Positions 1 through 10,971 of a stretch of DNA of 64,000 nucleotides are shown here, piece after piece. Both the position numbers and the translations under genes were made by a program. The notes beneath the pieces were generated by a model, which made no database searches, had not been told where the DNA came from, and was given only the letters and a program-made list of their open reading frames with translations. The DNA comes from an uncultured Pelagibacteraceae bacterium (GTDB taxonomy: Bacteria; Pseudomonadota; Alphaproteobacteria; Pelagibacterales; Pelagibacteraceae), in the NCBI GenBank assembly GCA_902619675.1, contig CACNFA010000002.1, positions 11,847 to 75,846 of the forward strand, given 5' to 3'. Within the stretch, counting starts at the first letter, position 1; every line of letters starts with the position of its first letter.

Positions 1-555
1 AATAATGAAATCTTTAGATAAGTTCGTTCCTCTATAAAAAAACTCAATATCTTTTTTTTCTATTTCCTTTTCAATACTTGTTTTTTTATCAATAACATTT
101 ATTGAAACTAATACTTTAGAAATATCAGTTTCATAGCATCCGCTATTCATAATTATGGCGCCACCGATTGAGCCGGGTATACAGGAAAGAAACTCTAGGC
201 CTCCCAATTCTGCCTCTTTAGCAAAATTTGCTACTTTTCGATCAAGGGTCGCAGCACCAACTTTTAAAATATTTTTGCTTAGTAGTTCAATATTAGAAAA
301 ATTTGAGCTTAATTTGATAACTGCTCCTTTAACTCCTTTATCTCTGATTAGCGTATTTGAGCCAGCTCCAAGAATTGTAACACCAAATTTATTTTTTCTA
401 CATTCATTTAAAAATTCTTTTAATTGGTCTTTGTTTTTAGGTTTAAAAAGAAATTCGGCCGGACCACCTAGGTTGAACCAACTATAATTTGCCAAATTCA
501 TATCTTTGGAAATATCTTTTCCAAATTTATCTATTAAATCTTGATTTGATATCAT
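1..555 (-). CDS. murB: UDP-N-acetylmuramate dehydrogenase (5' part; runs off the window edge)
   Basis: Not in the ORF track. Hand translation from the ATG at 555 gives MISNQDLIDKFGKDISKDMNLANYSWFNLGGPAEF, then LGAGSNTLIRD and IPGSIGGAIIMNSGCY, which are MurB motifs. ATGA overlap with the murC stop. Confidence 0.93.
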   Translation of the reverse strand, partial: MISNQDLIDKFGKDISKDMNLANYSWFNLGGPAEFLFKPKNKDQLKEFLNECRKNKFGVTILGAGSNTLIRDKGVKGAVIKLSSNFSNIELLSKNILKVGAATLDRKVANFAKEAELGGLEFLSCIPGSIGGAIIMNSGCYETDISKVLVSINVIDKKTSIEKEIEKKDIEFFYRGTNLSKDFII

Positions 556-1949
556 AAATTACTTTTTAAATTTCTCATATATTTTGAAATGGAACCAGCG
601 CCCATACCTATAACAATTTCGTTACTTGTTAAATTTTTTTTAAAATACTTCAAAATTTGATCGTGTTTTCTAATTAAGATTACTTGTGTCTTTGAAAAAC
701 TCGATATAAACCTAGCAAAATTTATTTGATTATAAAGAGAGCTTTTCTTTTCTCCTGCAGCGTAAATTGGACATAAAAGCACTAAATCAGATTTAATAAA
801 GGACTTTGCAAATTCTTTTTTTAAAGCTAGTACTCTAGAATATCGATGAGGTTCAAAAACTGAGGTTATTTTTCTATTTTTATAAACGTTTTTGACACTC
901 TCTAATATAGATCTTATTTCAGTTGGGTGATGCGCATAATCATCGTAAAAATCATTCATATTTTTAGAAAATATTTTTGTCATTCTTCTCTGAACTCCTG
1001 AAAACTTTTTAAGTGATTTTTTTATTATATTCTGATCAACACCTAAATTTAAACACACAGCAATCGCAGCCGCACCATTAAGAACATTATGCTTACCTAA
1101 TAATTTAAGTTGAATATTTTTAATTTTTTTTTGTTTTTTGTTGAGATCTTTGTAATTTAAATCAAAAATAGAATAATTTATTTTATATCTAATATTGGTT
1201 ATTCTATAATGAGCATTTTTATTTAAACCATAGGTGAGAAAATTTTTATTTTTTATTCTTTTAACAATCTTTTTTATATTTTTATTATCAATACAGATAA
1301 TTGATTTACCAGTCGGTGGAGTTTTCTCTATAAATTTAATAAATGAATTTTCCAAATTTTTAAAATTTTTATAAAAATCGATATGCTCGTAATCAATGTT
1401 GGTCACTATAGAATAATTTATAGGTAATTTTAGGAAACTTCCATCCGACTCGTCTGCCTCTAAAATAGCCCACTCGCCTTTTCCTAATCTAGCATTACTT
1501 CTTAACGAGTTTATAACCCCGCCATTTATAATTGTTGGGTCAAGTTTTTGATCTGATAAAATTTTTGAAACTAATGATGTAGTTGTAGTTTTCCCATGGG
1601 ATCCAGTAATGATAATATTCTTTTTTAGAGAGACTACGTCAGCTAATATTTCAGCTCTAGAATAAATTGGAATTTTTTTTTCTCTTGCAAACTTAATTTC
1701 GCTGTTGTTATTTTTAATTGCTGAGGATTTGACGAGTATAGTTGAGCTCTTAACATTGTTTTTTGAATGTCCAATAAAAACTCTTATGCCGGCTTTTAAA
1801 CAACTAATTGTATTTTTATTTTTGTTTTGGTCACTTCCTTGAATCTTATAACCCATATTTTTCATAATTTGAGCTAAACCACTCATTCCTATCCCGCCAA
1901 TACCAACAAAATGAATAATTTCTTTTTGACCTAAATTAATTTTTTTCAT
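552..1949 (-). CDS. murC: UDP-N-acetylmuramate--L-alanine ligase
   Basis: IHFVGIGGIGMSGLA, GSHGKTTT, EADESD and DDYAHHPTE motifs; dcw context. Confidence 0.97.
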   Translation of the reverse strand: MKKINLGQKEIIHFVGIGGIGMSGLAQIMKNMGYKIQGSDQNKNKNTISCLKAGIRVFIGHSKNNVKSSTILVKSSAIKNNNSEIKFAREKKIPIYSRAEILADVVSLKKNIIITGSHGKTTTTSLVSKILSDQKLDPTIINGGVINSLRSNARLGKGEWAILEADESDGSFLKLPINYSIVTNIDYEHIDFYKNFKNLENSFIKFIEKTPPTGKSIICIDNKNIKKIVKRIKNKNFLTYGLNKNAHYRITNIRYKINYSIFDLNYKDLNKKQKKIKNIQLKLLGKHNVLNGAAAIAVCLNLGVDQNIIKKSLKKFSGVQRRMTKIFSKNMNDFYDDYAHHPTEIRSILESVKNVYKNRKITSVFEPHRYSRVLALKKEFAKSFIKSDLVLLCPIYAAGEKKSSLYNQINFARFISSFSKTQVILIRKHDQILKYFKKNLTSNEIVIGMGAGSISKYMRNLKSNL

Positions 1950-3030
1950 CTATAATTTCTTTTAATATCTTGTCGATATTGTTGTAGACATTTTTGTCAG
2001 AATGTTGTCTCTGATTTTGCACAATCTTATTTAAAATTGAATTATTTTTGTAAATATCTGCTATAAGCGAAGATAATTTATCATTTAAATCTTTTTCCTC
2101 TATCAAAAATGAGTAATTCTTTCTTTTGTAGTAATAAGCGTTTTTTAATTGATGTTTGTCAGCTGAGGACGGTAATGGAACGGAAATAAATGGAATGTTT
2201 GCATTTGTCAGCTCAGCTAGCATTGATGAGCCAGCTCTTGTGATAGCCAGATCGGCTGTTGAAAAGTAATGATTTAGATTATTACTAAAATTGAAAGTTT
2301 CAAATTCAATATTTGAATTGTTATAAAATAAGCTTAGTTCATTTTTTTGATTAGGTAAGCAATGTTGAAAAATCTTTAATTTAAACCCTTGTTCTGAACA
2401 TTTTAAAAAAATTTTTGGCAGACTTTCTGCAAATATTTTTGCCGCTTGACTTCCGCCTAAAACAAGTATGTTTAATTTTTCCTTATCAATCCTCTCATTT
2501 TTTTTTGAAAAATCAATTATTTCTTTCTTAATAATGTTTCCTACCTCTATAATTTTTTTACTTTGATTAATTGGTACTCCTTCCAAGCTTTTATTCGAAA
2601 CGATCATCATATTTGCAAATGGCATTAAATATTTGTTTGCTTTTCCAATTATTAGATTATTTTCATAAATTATAAACTTAATTCTTAAAATAATTGCTGC
2701 AATACAAATTGGAAAAGAAGCGTATCCACCCATTCCAATTATGATTTTCGGTCTTCGAAATATTAAATAAACGATTGAGTATAATATTGAAAAAAAAACA
2801 TAAATTGCCGAAAAAAAAACTGTAAACAAATTTTTGTAAATTATTGGAGAAGAAGGAAGTTTAGAGATTTTTAAATTTTCCTGACTGTCAAGATATTTGC
2901 TTCCTCGTCTATCAGTTACAATTTGAATTTCATAATTATTGTCGCTAAGGTGCTTTGCTAAATTTAGACCTGGAAAAACATGTCCACCTGTACCACCGAT
3001 TGCTATTAATATATTAATTTTTTTATTCAT
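1936..3030 (-). CDS. murG: Lipid II N-acetylglucosaminyltransferase
   Basis: GGTGGHVFP, GGYAS, LGGSQAA and TRAGSS motifs. Confidence 0.96.
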   Translation of the reverse strand: MNKKINILIAIGGTGGHVFPGLNLAKHLSDNNYEIQIVTDRRGSKYLDSQENLKISKLPSSPIIYKNLFTVFFSAIYVFFSILYSIVYLIFRRPKIIIGMGGYASFPICIAAIILRIKFIIYENNLIIGKANKYLMPFANMMIVSNKSLEGVPINQSKKIIEVGNIIKKEIIDFSKKNERIDKEKLNILVLGGSQAAKIFAESLPKIFLKCSEQGFKLKIFQHCLPNQKNELSLFYNNSNIEFETFNFSNNLNHYFSTADLAITRAGSSMLAELTNANIPFISVPLPSSADKHQLKNAYYYKRKNYSFLIEEKDLNDKLSSLIADIYKNNSILNKIVQNQRQHSDKNVYNNIDKILKEIIDEKN

Positions 3031-4150
3031 ATAAATATGTTCTATTTTTTGTATAATTTAAAATTATGCCAGCAAGAATTGCACTACCAATTAGAGAAGA
3101 TCCTCCATAGCTTAGAAAAGGTAGTGTCATTCCTGTAGTAGGTATTAAACTAGTGTTCACTCCTACATGAATAAAAGTTTGAAAAATTAATAAGGTTGAT
3201 AGACCGCAAAGAGAAATTTTGATTAATTGATCTTCTTGATTAATACAATTCTTAATAATTCTAAATGATATATACAAAAAAATTAAGATTATAATTATGG
3301 AAATTATTGATCCGTATTCTTCTGATATAATTGCAATTATATAATCTGTATGAGCCTCTGGCACATTATCCTTTAGTATGCCTTCTCCCATGCCTTGTCC
3401 TTTTAATCCTCCAAGTTTAATTGCATCTAAAGCAGAATTAGACTGAAATTTATCACCCTTAGTGGGATCAACAAATGATATTAGGCGATGTATAATATAA
3501 CCAAATTTTTCAGGCATAAAAAAAAGTAGAGAACCCACAGATATTAAAAAGATCGAAAAGAAACTAATTATATATAGTAAACTAACTCCTGAAATAAATA
3601 CTGTAGCAATCCAACTTCCAACCAATAAAATTGATTGCCCAAGATCAGGCTGGTCTATCAGAAGAATAATTACTGAAGATAATAAAAAAAAACTAAATAT
3701 ATATTTTATTTGTGAATTTTTGAGTTTTTCTAGGGTCAAAATTTTTACTGTTACTAAAATAAAAAAAGGTTTCAAAATCTCAATCGGTTGTAATCTAAAA
3801 AAATAAAGATCAAGCCATCTTTTTGCACCTTTTACTTCAATGCCTACTAAAGGAACTAGAGCTAAAAAAATAAAAGAAATTGCAAATAAGGGGACAATAA
3901 TCTTTTTTAAAAAGGTTGTGTCTATAAAAGAAAAAAATAACATTATAGTCAAAGCTAAAAAAGTATAAGTTAAATGTTTTGAAAAAAAGAAATAGTAATC
4001 TTTATCTAATCTTTCACCAGCCAATGATGATGTAGACGAGAATGAGAAAAATAAGCCTAAAAAAAATAAAATAATGAAACAAAAAAAAATTTTTTTGTCT
4101 ATATTTCGCCAATAATTTATAAATTTAAGTTTAAATGAACCTTCGAGCAT
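3023..4150 (-). CDS. ftsW: SEDS peptidoglycan polymerase FtsW
   Basis: Multi-TM protein with GAKRWL, QPDLG, PEAHTDY and PFLSYGGSS. Start moved to the ATG at 4150 (MLEGSF); the track extends it to 4192. Confidence 0.95.
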   Translation of the reverse strand: MLEGSFKLKFINYWRNIDKKIFFCFIILFFLGLFFSFSSTSSLAGERLDKDYYFFFSKHLTYTFLALTIMLFFSFIDTTFLKKIIVPLFAISFIFLALVPLVGIEVKGAKRWLDLYFFRLQPIEILKPFFILVTVKILTLEKLKNSQIKYIFSFFLLSSVIILLIDQPDLGQSILLVGSWIATVFISGVSLLYIISFFSIFLISVGSLLFFMPEKFGYIIHRLISFVDPTKGDKFQSNSALDAIKLGGLKGQGMGEGILKDNVPEAHTDYIIAIISEEYGSIISIIIILIFLYISFRIIKNCINQEDQLIKISLCGLSTLLIFQTFIHVGVNTSLIPTTGMTLPFLSYGGSSLIGSAILAGIILNYTKNRTYLYE

Positions 4151-5414
4151 AATAATTACATAATTTTTTAAATTTTTCTCCTCTTTTTTCAAAATTCAAA
4201 AATTGGTCATAAGAGGCCGCAGCTGGACTAAGTAAAATTGTATTTTTTTTATTTCTATATTTTATGTCTTTCAAAATCTGTAAGATTGATTTTTTTAAAT
4301 CTTTAGCAATATAATAATTAATATATTTATGTATTTGATTTTTGAAAAAATTAATATTTTTACCAATTATATAGGATCTGATGATGTTTTTTTTTAAATC
4401 TTTTAAAATTATTTTATCGTTTTTTTTTGGTAATCCTCCTAATATCCAATAAATATTTTCCGAATTTTTTAATGCACCCTTCGTAGCTTGAAATGAAGTC
4501 GCCTTAGAATCATTTATGAAGATACAATTTTTCTGTTTTAAAAATATTTCATATCTGTGAGGCAAACCTTCAAAACTACTTAAAGATCTCAGAAAATCTG
4601 CATTTCTTATTTTTAGTGCTTTTGAAAGTGAAAAAACATATGACATATTTTGGTCGTTAATATCCGATTTTAAATAATCATTGTTTATTTTATATTTAAT
4701 TCTTCTGTAACTTTTTAAATTTGGAATTATTAATTTTCCCGAACCATTTTGTTTCTTAAATTCTGATTTCAAAGAAGAATTTACAAAAGAAAATTGGTTT
4801 TTTTTTTGATATTCAAAAATTTTAAATTTTGCATTTATATAATTTTTCATATTGCCATGCCAGTCAAGATGGTCATTTGTTATATTTAATAAAAGCGCAT
4901 AATCAGGAGCTATAAATTTGGAATATGCGAGCTGAAAGGATGATGCCTCAATAATTAAAAAATCAATTTTTTTGGAGATTAAATTTAGAATTGGTGTACC
5001 AATATTTCCACCTAATAAAGTTTTAAATTTATTTTTTCTTAATATATGTTCTATAATTTTACATGTAGTTGATTTTCCATTAGATCCAGTCACTACAATG
5101 CTGGTTAACGATTTTTTTATTAAAAAAATTAGATCGATATCTGTAATTATTTTATCTTTATGCTTTATCAATTTATTTTTGTTAACTGATTTTCTTAAGC
5201 TTACCCCTGGGCTTAATATAATATAATTGACTTCCTTCATGGCTTTTTCGAGGTTCCGTGGCCTTTTTTTTTTAAAAAGTTTTTTATTTTTATCATCCCA
5301 TGCCTGATAATTTTCAATATTATTTTTTTTAAAAAAACTTATTACTGATTGACCAGTCAAACCAAGGCCATAAACTAAAAATGATAGTTTTTTTAAGTTA
5401 TAAATAGAGGCCAT
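4131..5414 (-). CDS. murD: UDP-MurNAc-L-Ala--D-glutamate ligase
   Basis: GSNGKSTT, GGNIG, EASSFQL, NDSKATS and LLSPAAASYDQF motifs. Confidence 0.96.
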   Translation of the reverse strand: MASIYNLKKLSFLVYGLGLTGQSVISFFKKNNIENYQAWDDKNKKLFKKKRPRNLEKAMKEVNYIILSPGVSLRKSVNKNKLIKHKDKIITDIDLIFLIKKSLTSIVVTGSNGKSTTCKIIEHILRKNKFKTLLGGNIGTPILNLISKKIDFLIIEASSFQLAYSKFIAPDYALLLNITNDHLDWHGNMKNYINAKFKIFEYQKKNQFSFVNSSLKSEFKKQNGSGKLIIPNLKSYRRIKYKINNDYLKSDINDQNMSYVFSLSKALKIRNADFLRSLSSFEGLPHRYEIFLKQKNCIFINDSKATSFQATKGALKNSENIYWILGGLPKKNDKIILKDLKKNIIRSYIIGKNINFFKNQIHKYINYYIAKDLKKSILQILKDIKYRNKKNTILLSPAAASYDQFLNFEKRGEKFKKLCNYYARRFI

Positions 5415-5417
5415 CTG

Positions 5418-6503
5418 TTACCTTAGTTTTAAAGTCGCTAATCCTACTAAAGCTAAAATTATAGCTATAATCCAAAATCGAATTACAATTGTTGACTCAT
5501 GCCAGCCTTTTTTTTCAAAATGATGATGAATTGGCGCCATTTTAAAAATTCTTTTACCTGTTAATTTAAACGATATGACTTGAATAATTACCGAGACTGT
5601 CTCTAATACAAAAAGTCCTCCTATAATTGCCAAAACAATTTCATGTTTAACAATAATTGCTATCGCTGCTAATGAGCCCCCGAGAGAAAGAGAGCCCGTG
5701 TCACCCATAAAAATTTTAGCTGGGGGGGCATTATACCAAAGAAAACCTAAACAAGCTCCTACAATTGATCCGCAGAAAATTGATAGCTCTCCCACATCAG
5801 GAATATATTGAATTTGAAGATATTCAGAAAAGATTGTGTTACCTACTATGTAGGAAATAAGTGTAAAAGAAAGTGCAACTAACATCACCGGTACAGTTGC
5901 TAAACCATCGAGACCATCTGTTAAGTTTACTGCGTTTGATGCACCGATGATTACAAATAAGCCAAATGGAATGAAAAATATTCCTAGATCTAAAATAAAA
6001 TTTTTTAAAAATGGAAAATAGAGATCATATAAATATTCGTGATCAGTATAATTTATTAAAATAAATAAAGTAATAGCACCGATAACTAATTGTCCTGCGA
6101 ATTTATATTTAGATTTTAATCCGGTTGAGTTTTTTAATTTGATTTTCATTATATCATCAAGAAGACCTAAGGCTCCTAAAGATAAAGACGCAAATATCAA
6201 AGTCCAAACATAAATATTTGTTAAATCTGACCAAAGTAAAGTGCTAGTGATGATTCCAATTATAATTATAACTCCTCCCATAGTTGGAGTGCCAGATTTT
6301 TTTATTATATGGTCGATAGGACCATCCTGTCTGATTGGACCTGTTATCATTTTTTCCGAAAAAATTTTAATTAAAGGAGCCCCAATTATAAATACAACGA
6401 CCAGAGAAGTCATTACGGACAAACCCGTTCTAAATGTTAAATATTTGAATACATTTAAAAATGAGTATTGATCAATAAGTGACGTTAGTAAGTGGAATAG
6501 CAT
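5418..6503 (-). CDS. mraY: Phospho-MurNAc-pentapeptide transferase
   Basis: GTPTMGG, NAVNLTDGLDGLA, IFMGDTGS and MAPIHHHFE motifs. Confidence 0.97.
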   Translation of the reverse strand: MLFHLLTSLIDQYSFLNVFKYLTFRTGLSVMTSLVVVFIIGAPLIKIFSEKMITGPIRQDGPIDHIIKKSGTPTMGGVIIIIGIITSTLLWSDLTNIYVWTLIFASLSLGALGLLDDIMKIKLKNSTGLKSKYKFAGQLVIGAITLFILINYTDHEYLYDLYFPFLKNFILDLGIFFIPFGLFVIIGASNAVNLTDGLDGLATVPVMLVALSFTLISYIVGNTIFSEYLQIQYIPDVGELSIFCGSIVGACLGFLWYNAPPAKIFMGDTGSLSLGGSLAAIAIIVKHEIVLAIIGGLFVLETVSVIIQVISFKLTGKRIFKMAPIHHHFEKKGWHESTIVIRFWIIAIILALVGLATLKLR

Positions 6504-9266
6504 TTAATTCTCTTTTATCATTTTTTTTGTTAGATTATTTAAGCCAGTTGCGTGTGATCCTTTAATCATTAAATAATCATTATTAGCTATAATATTATTT
6601 AAAGTAAAATCTACATCTTCTTCATGTTGAATAATATTTCCACGTTTACTTCTGACTAAATTTTTATAAGTAACTGGGGTATTAGTGCCTTTAATAAACA
6701 CTTTGTCTATATCTGAGTTGTTAATAACTTTTGCTAAATCTTTATGTAAATACTCTGAATGATTTCCCAATTCAAGCATGTCTCCAAGGAGTAAATATTT
6801 CTTAAAATTTTGTTTTTTAATTGACTTAAAATTTTTGATAGCATTTTTTACTGATAGTGGGTTTGCATTATAGCTTTCATCAATTAATTTAAATTTTTTA
6901 TTGTATCTTTTAATTTTATGTATTTTTCCCCTGCCTTCTGTAAGTTCATAATTTTTATAATATTTTTTGATCTTGTTTACAGATAGGTTTAACACTTTCA
7001 ATAAAGCTAATGACGATAAGATATTATATAAATTAAGATCTTTCATTTCTAATTTTAAAATTTGATTTTTAGTTTTTATTTTAAATTTTATTGTTTTTTT
7101 ATTCTTTGAAATTTTAGTAGGATAAATATCTGATTTTGTACTCATACCAAATGAAACTATATTTATATCTTTAAGTTTGGCCTTCTTTTTTAAGTATTCA
7201 AAAAATCTATCATCACGGTTTAAGATTAATGTACCGCCTCGTCTTATATTATTTATAATCTCACCTTTGGCATCGGCTATACCTTTTAAGTTTTTAAAAT
7301 TTTCAATGTGTGCTTCACCGATGTTTGTGATAATGGCACAGTGAGGGCTTACAAGTTTTGAAAGTGCATTGATTTCGCCTGCCTTGCTCATTCCAACCTC
7401 AAATACTGCATATTTATGGCTAGGTTTTAAATCTGAAAGACTTAAAGGTACACCTAAATGGTTATTGTATGATTTTGGAGAGCAAAGTGTTTCACCAAAA
7501 TTACTCAAGATGTCTTTAATTAAATTTTTTAAAGATGTTTTTCCAGCACTTCCAGTAATTGCAATAATTTTTGCGTTACAATTTTTTCTTTTCTCAAGAG
7601 CAAACCTATTCAGAAATTTAGTTTCATTTTCTACTTTAATGACTTTATTTCTATGTTTTTTAATTTTTTTTGATGAAACAATAAAACTTGCACCTTTTTT
7701 TAATGCCTCACTCACAAATTTAAGACCATCTGTTTTTTTTCCTTTAATAGTAAGAAATAAATTTTTTTTTTTAATTACTCTTGTATCTATAGAAAGTCCA
7801 TGAAAATTTTTTATCTTAAAATTTTTTTTAATAGACATAAAAATTTTTTTGTTTTGTATAAAGGCTTGAGTATTTTTTGATAATTTTTTTTTCTTTATTT
7901 TTAAATTTTTAATAATTTGTTTATCAGTGTTCAAAATAATTTTATTTCTATATATCTGTTCAGTTTCGTGGCCTTTTCCGGCAATAAGTATTATTTCATT
8001 TGGTTCTGAATTGTGAATTGCAGTTTTTATAGCTTTTGACCTATCTCCAATATTAAAACATTTTGATTTTTCAATATGCTTAATTATTTCCTTTCTAATT
8101 TTTACTGGATTTTCATTTCTTGGATTGTCATCTGTAACATAAATTTTTCTACAATAAGAGTTTGCTATTTTTGCCATCGAAGGTCTTTTTCTAAAATCTC
8201 TTTCTCCACCACACCCAAATACTATAGATACAATTCCGTTATCTAGATTTTTAAGTGCTTTTATAGTTTTTAATAATGCATCAGGTGTATGTGCAAAATC
8301 TACATATACTTTTACATTATTAGGAAAAATTTTTACAAGCTCAAATCTACCATCAACGTCTTTAATTTTATGAATTACATTGAATATTTTTTTTTCACCA
8401 ATATTACATAATTTTGCAGCCTCAATCGCCATTGATAAATTCTTCAATTGAAATTCATAAAGATTTCTCTTGATCTTTTTTTTTAATTTTTCTTTAGTTT
8501 TGTTTATATCGATAAGTCGTAATTTTCTTCTTCTTGAAATCTTTTTTAAAATTGAAAATTCCTTATTAGATTTATCGGTTACTATCGATTTATTTGGAGA
8601 TAAAATATCTTTAAATAATATAAGTTTACTGTTCAGATAAGCTTTCATTGTTTTGTGGTAGTCTAAATGATCTTGACTAAAATTAGTGAAAATTCCAGCT
8701 TTAAGATTTAAATGATCTATTCTGTTTTGATGTAATCCATGACTAGAAGTCTCAATAATAACATTATCTATTTTGTTTTTTTTTATTTTTTGAAGTGACT
8801 GATGAAGCAAGATGGTGTCAGGTGAAGTCAATTTTGATTTTATTAATTTTTTATCATATTTAATACCGAGGGTTCCGATCGAGGCTACAGGAATTTTATT
8901 AATACTTAAGATTTGATAAAATAAATCAGCTACTGATGTTTTGCCATTTGTTCCAGTCACTGCCAAAATGTTTTTAGGTTTTAATTTGAAAAATTTTGAG
9001 GAAACTTCACTAAGTAAAGCCCTAATATTTGATGTTTTTATTACCTGGATATTTCTATTAGTATATTTACATAATTTAGAACAAACTATTGCAACTGCTC
9101 CTTTTTTAACTGCTTCATTAATATATCTTTCTCCATTTAATTTTTGACCTCTTATTGCAAAAAAAATAAAGCCTTTTTTAACATTTTTGCTATTTGTGGC
9201 TAAACCTTTTACTAAAGTTTCCTTTTTTTTTTCTGGAATATTTTTAATTAGTTTTTTCAGCAACAT
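6504..9266 (-). CDS. murEF: Bifunctional MurE-MurF fusion ligase (920 aa)
   Basis: N-half is MurE (GTNGKTS, DFAHTPD, DDNPR, IAGKGHE). C-half is MurF (GSAGKTS, NNHLGVP, DESYNANP, GDMLELG). One uninterrupted ORF. Confidence 0.92.
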   Translation of the reverse strand: MLLKKLIKNIPEKKKETLVKGLATNSKNVKKGFIFFAIRGQKLNGERYINEAVKKGAVAIVCSKLCKYTNRNIQVIKTSNIRALLSEVSSKFFKLKPKNILAVTGTNGKTSVADLFYQILSINKIPVASIGTLGIKYDKKLIKSKLTSPDTILLHQSLQKIKKNKIDNVIIETSSHGLHQNRIDHLNLKAGIFTNFSQDHLDYHKTMKAYLNSKLILFKDILSPNKSIVTDKSNKEFSILKKISRRRKLRLIDINKTKEKLKKKIKRNLYEFQLKNLSMAIEAAKLCNIGEKKIFNVIHKIKDVDGRFELVKIFPNNVKVYVDFAHTPDALLKTIKALKNLDNGIVSIVFGCGGERDFRKRPSMAKIANSYCRKIYVTDDNPRNENPVKIRKEIIKHIEKSKCFNIGDRSKAIKTAIHNSEPNEIILIAGKGHETEQIYRNKIILNTDKQIIKNLKIKKKKLSKNTQAFIQNKKIFMSIKKNFKIKNFHGLSIDTRVIKKKNLFLTIKGKKTDGLKFVSEALKKGASFIVSSKKIKKHRNKVIKVENETKFLNRFALEKRKNCNAKIIAITGSAGKTSLKNLIKDILSNFGETLCSPKSYNNHLGVPLSLSDLKPSHKYAVFEVGMSKAGEINALSKLVSPHCAIITNIGEAHIENFKNLKGIADAKGEIINNIRRGGTLILNRDDRFFEYLKKKAKLKDINIVSFGMSTKSDIYPTKISKNKKTIKFKIKTKNQILKLEMKDLNLYNILSSLALLKVLNLSVNKIKKYYKNYELTEGRGKIHKIKRYNKKFKLIDESYNANPLSVKNAIKNFKSIKKQNFKKYLLLGDMLELGNHSEYLHKDLAKVINNSDIDKVFIKGTNTPVTYKNLVRSKRGNIIQHEEDVDFTLNNIIANNDYLMIKGSHATGLNNLTKKMIKEN

Positions 9267-10971
9267 ATTGGTGAGTAAATTCTTTGTTCTTTATGGCTAA
9301 AATTGGTCCAATTCTTTTTATTATTTTGCCGGCTACGTAAACTGAATTCCATCCCGCTTCATTTCTTGTGCCTTTAATTTTTACCCCTCTATAGTTGTAA
9401 ACTAAATCATTTGCTACTTTTGGATTTTCTAGCATAACTAACAAAACAAATTTCGGTTTGTGTGATGGAAAAATTGAAATAAAGGTATTTAAATTTTCAC
9501 TTTTATTCTTATAATTCTGAGAAGTTCCAGTTTTACCACCAACATTAAAACCATTTATATCTGCAAGGCTTGCTGTGCCATTTTTTTCGGTAACAACTTT
9601 TCTTAAAATATTTACCATATTTTTGCTGGTTTCCTCTGAAACTATTCTCTTATATTTAATTACATCCTCGCTTTTAAGTAAATTTGGCCTAATAAGTCTT
9701 CCTCCATTGGCAAAAGCTGCATAAATTGAAGTGGCTTGAAGTGGCGTTGTCGTTATTCCATGGCCATAAGATACCGTTTCTAATTTACATTTATTCCAAT
9801 TAAAATTAATCGGATTACCAACTTCTGCTATTTGTAAATTAGGTTTTTTTAATAAATTTGTTTCATCAATAAATTTTTTAAATTTTTTTTCACCGATTTC
9901 TCTTGCGAGTAGCAATGTTCCAACGTTTGAGGACCTGATTAAAATATCTTCTACAGACAATTCGCTAGGAAATTTTTTTATATCAGAAATGTTATATTTA
10001 GAGCATTTTACTTTTTCTGGAATATTTTTAATAATTGTTTTTGGTTCTACTATTTGGTTATCTAGCGCTAGAGCTACAGTAAAAGTTTTAAAAATAGATC
10101 CAAGTTCGTAGACTCCTTTTGTGATCTTGTTTATAAATTTTATATCTCTTACATCTGACCTTTTATTAATATCAAAATTAGGAAGGGAGACTAAAGATAA
10201 AATATCTCCATTTTCTACATCCATTAATAATGCGGCTCCTCCAGAGGACTTAAAAGTTATTAATGCTTCTTTCATTTCTTTATTTATTAAATATTGAATA
10301 TTTGTATCTAAGGTTAAAACAAGAGGCTGATTGATTAAATTTTTATTTTTCAAGTCTTTGTCAAAAAACTTTTCTACTCCAGATAAGCCATAATTGTCAT
10401 AATCAACTTGCCCGATTACATGACTAAATAAATTTCCGTGTGTGTAAATTCTTGATTGGAAAGGCTCAAGAATAATAGCTTTTTCTCCTAAATTCCAATA
10501 TTTTTCTTTTTCTAATTGAGTGATACGTTTTTTTAAATAAAAATATTTTCCTTCTTTAAGTTTTTTCTCAATTCTTTGAATGGGTAGTGCCGGAAAGTTT
10601 AACCGAAGTTTAAGTAAAAATTTATCTTTACTATCGATAAACTTAGGATTAACAGCAACATGGTAAGAGGTAACATTTCTTGATATTAAATTATTATTTC
10701 TATCTACGATATCTCTTCTTAATAGAGAAAATTTTTGAGATGAATTGCTATGATTATATATTTCAATTTTATTCAATGATACGTGAATGATTCTAATACT
10801 AAAAATGAATATTAATGAAAAAAATAAAAAAAATAATAGAAAGATTCTATCATGAAACAAGTTATCATTATGAGATAATCTATTTTTTTTTGAGGTTTCT
10901 AAATAATCTTCAAAAAAGAAGCTTTTTTGGTGAATATTTAAATTCTTATTTTTTTTTAATTTTTTTTTCAT
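9244..10971 (-). CDS. ftsI: Peptidoglycan transpeptidase FtsI (PBP3)
   Basis: N-terminal TM, RRDIVDRN, catalytic SxxK (SIFK), SxN (SSN) and KTG. Start taken as the ATG at 10971. Confidence 0.94.
   Translation of the reverse strand: MKKKLKKNKNLNIHQKSFFFEDYLETSKKNRLSHNDNLFHDRIFLLFFLFFSLIFIFSIRIIHVSLNKIEIYNHSNSSQKFSLLRRDIVDRNNNLISRNVTSYHVAVNPKFIDSKDKFLLKLRLNFPALPIQRIEKKLKEGKYFYLKKRITQLEKEKYWNLGEKAIILEPFQSRIYTHGNLFSHVIGQVDYDNYGLSGVEKFFDKDLKNKNLINQPLVLTLDTNIQYLINKEMKEALITFKSSGGAALLMDVENGDILSLVSLPNFDINKRSDVRDIKFINKITKGVYELGSIFKTFTVALALDNQIVEPKTIIKNIPEKVKCSKYNISDIKKFPSELSVEDILIRSSNVGTLLLAREIGEKKFKKFIDETNLLKKPNLQIAEVGNPINFNWNKCKLETVSYGHGITTTPLQATSIYAAFANGGRLIRPNLLKSEDVIKYKRIVSEETSKNMVNILRKVVTEKNGTASLADINGFNVGGKTGTSQNYKNKSENLNTFISIFPSHKPKFVLLVMLENPKVANDLVYNYRGVKIKGTRNEAGWNSVYVAGKIIKRIGPILAIKNKEFTHQYVAEKTN

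Noticed and set aside
155-487. 110-aa + strand ORF, and the many other short ORFs antisense to or nested within core genes
   Set aside because: These are shadow ORFs of well-supported genes (here murB) with no recognisable motifs.
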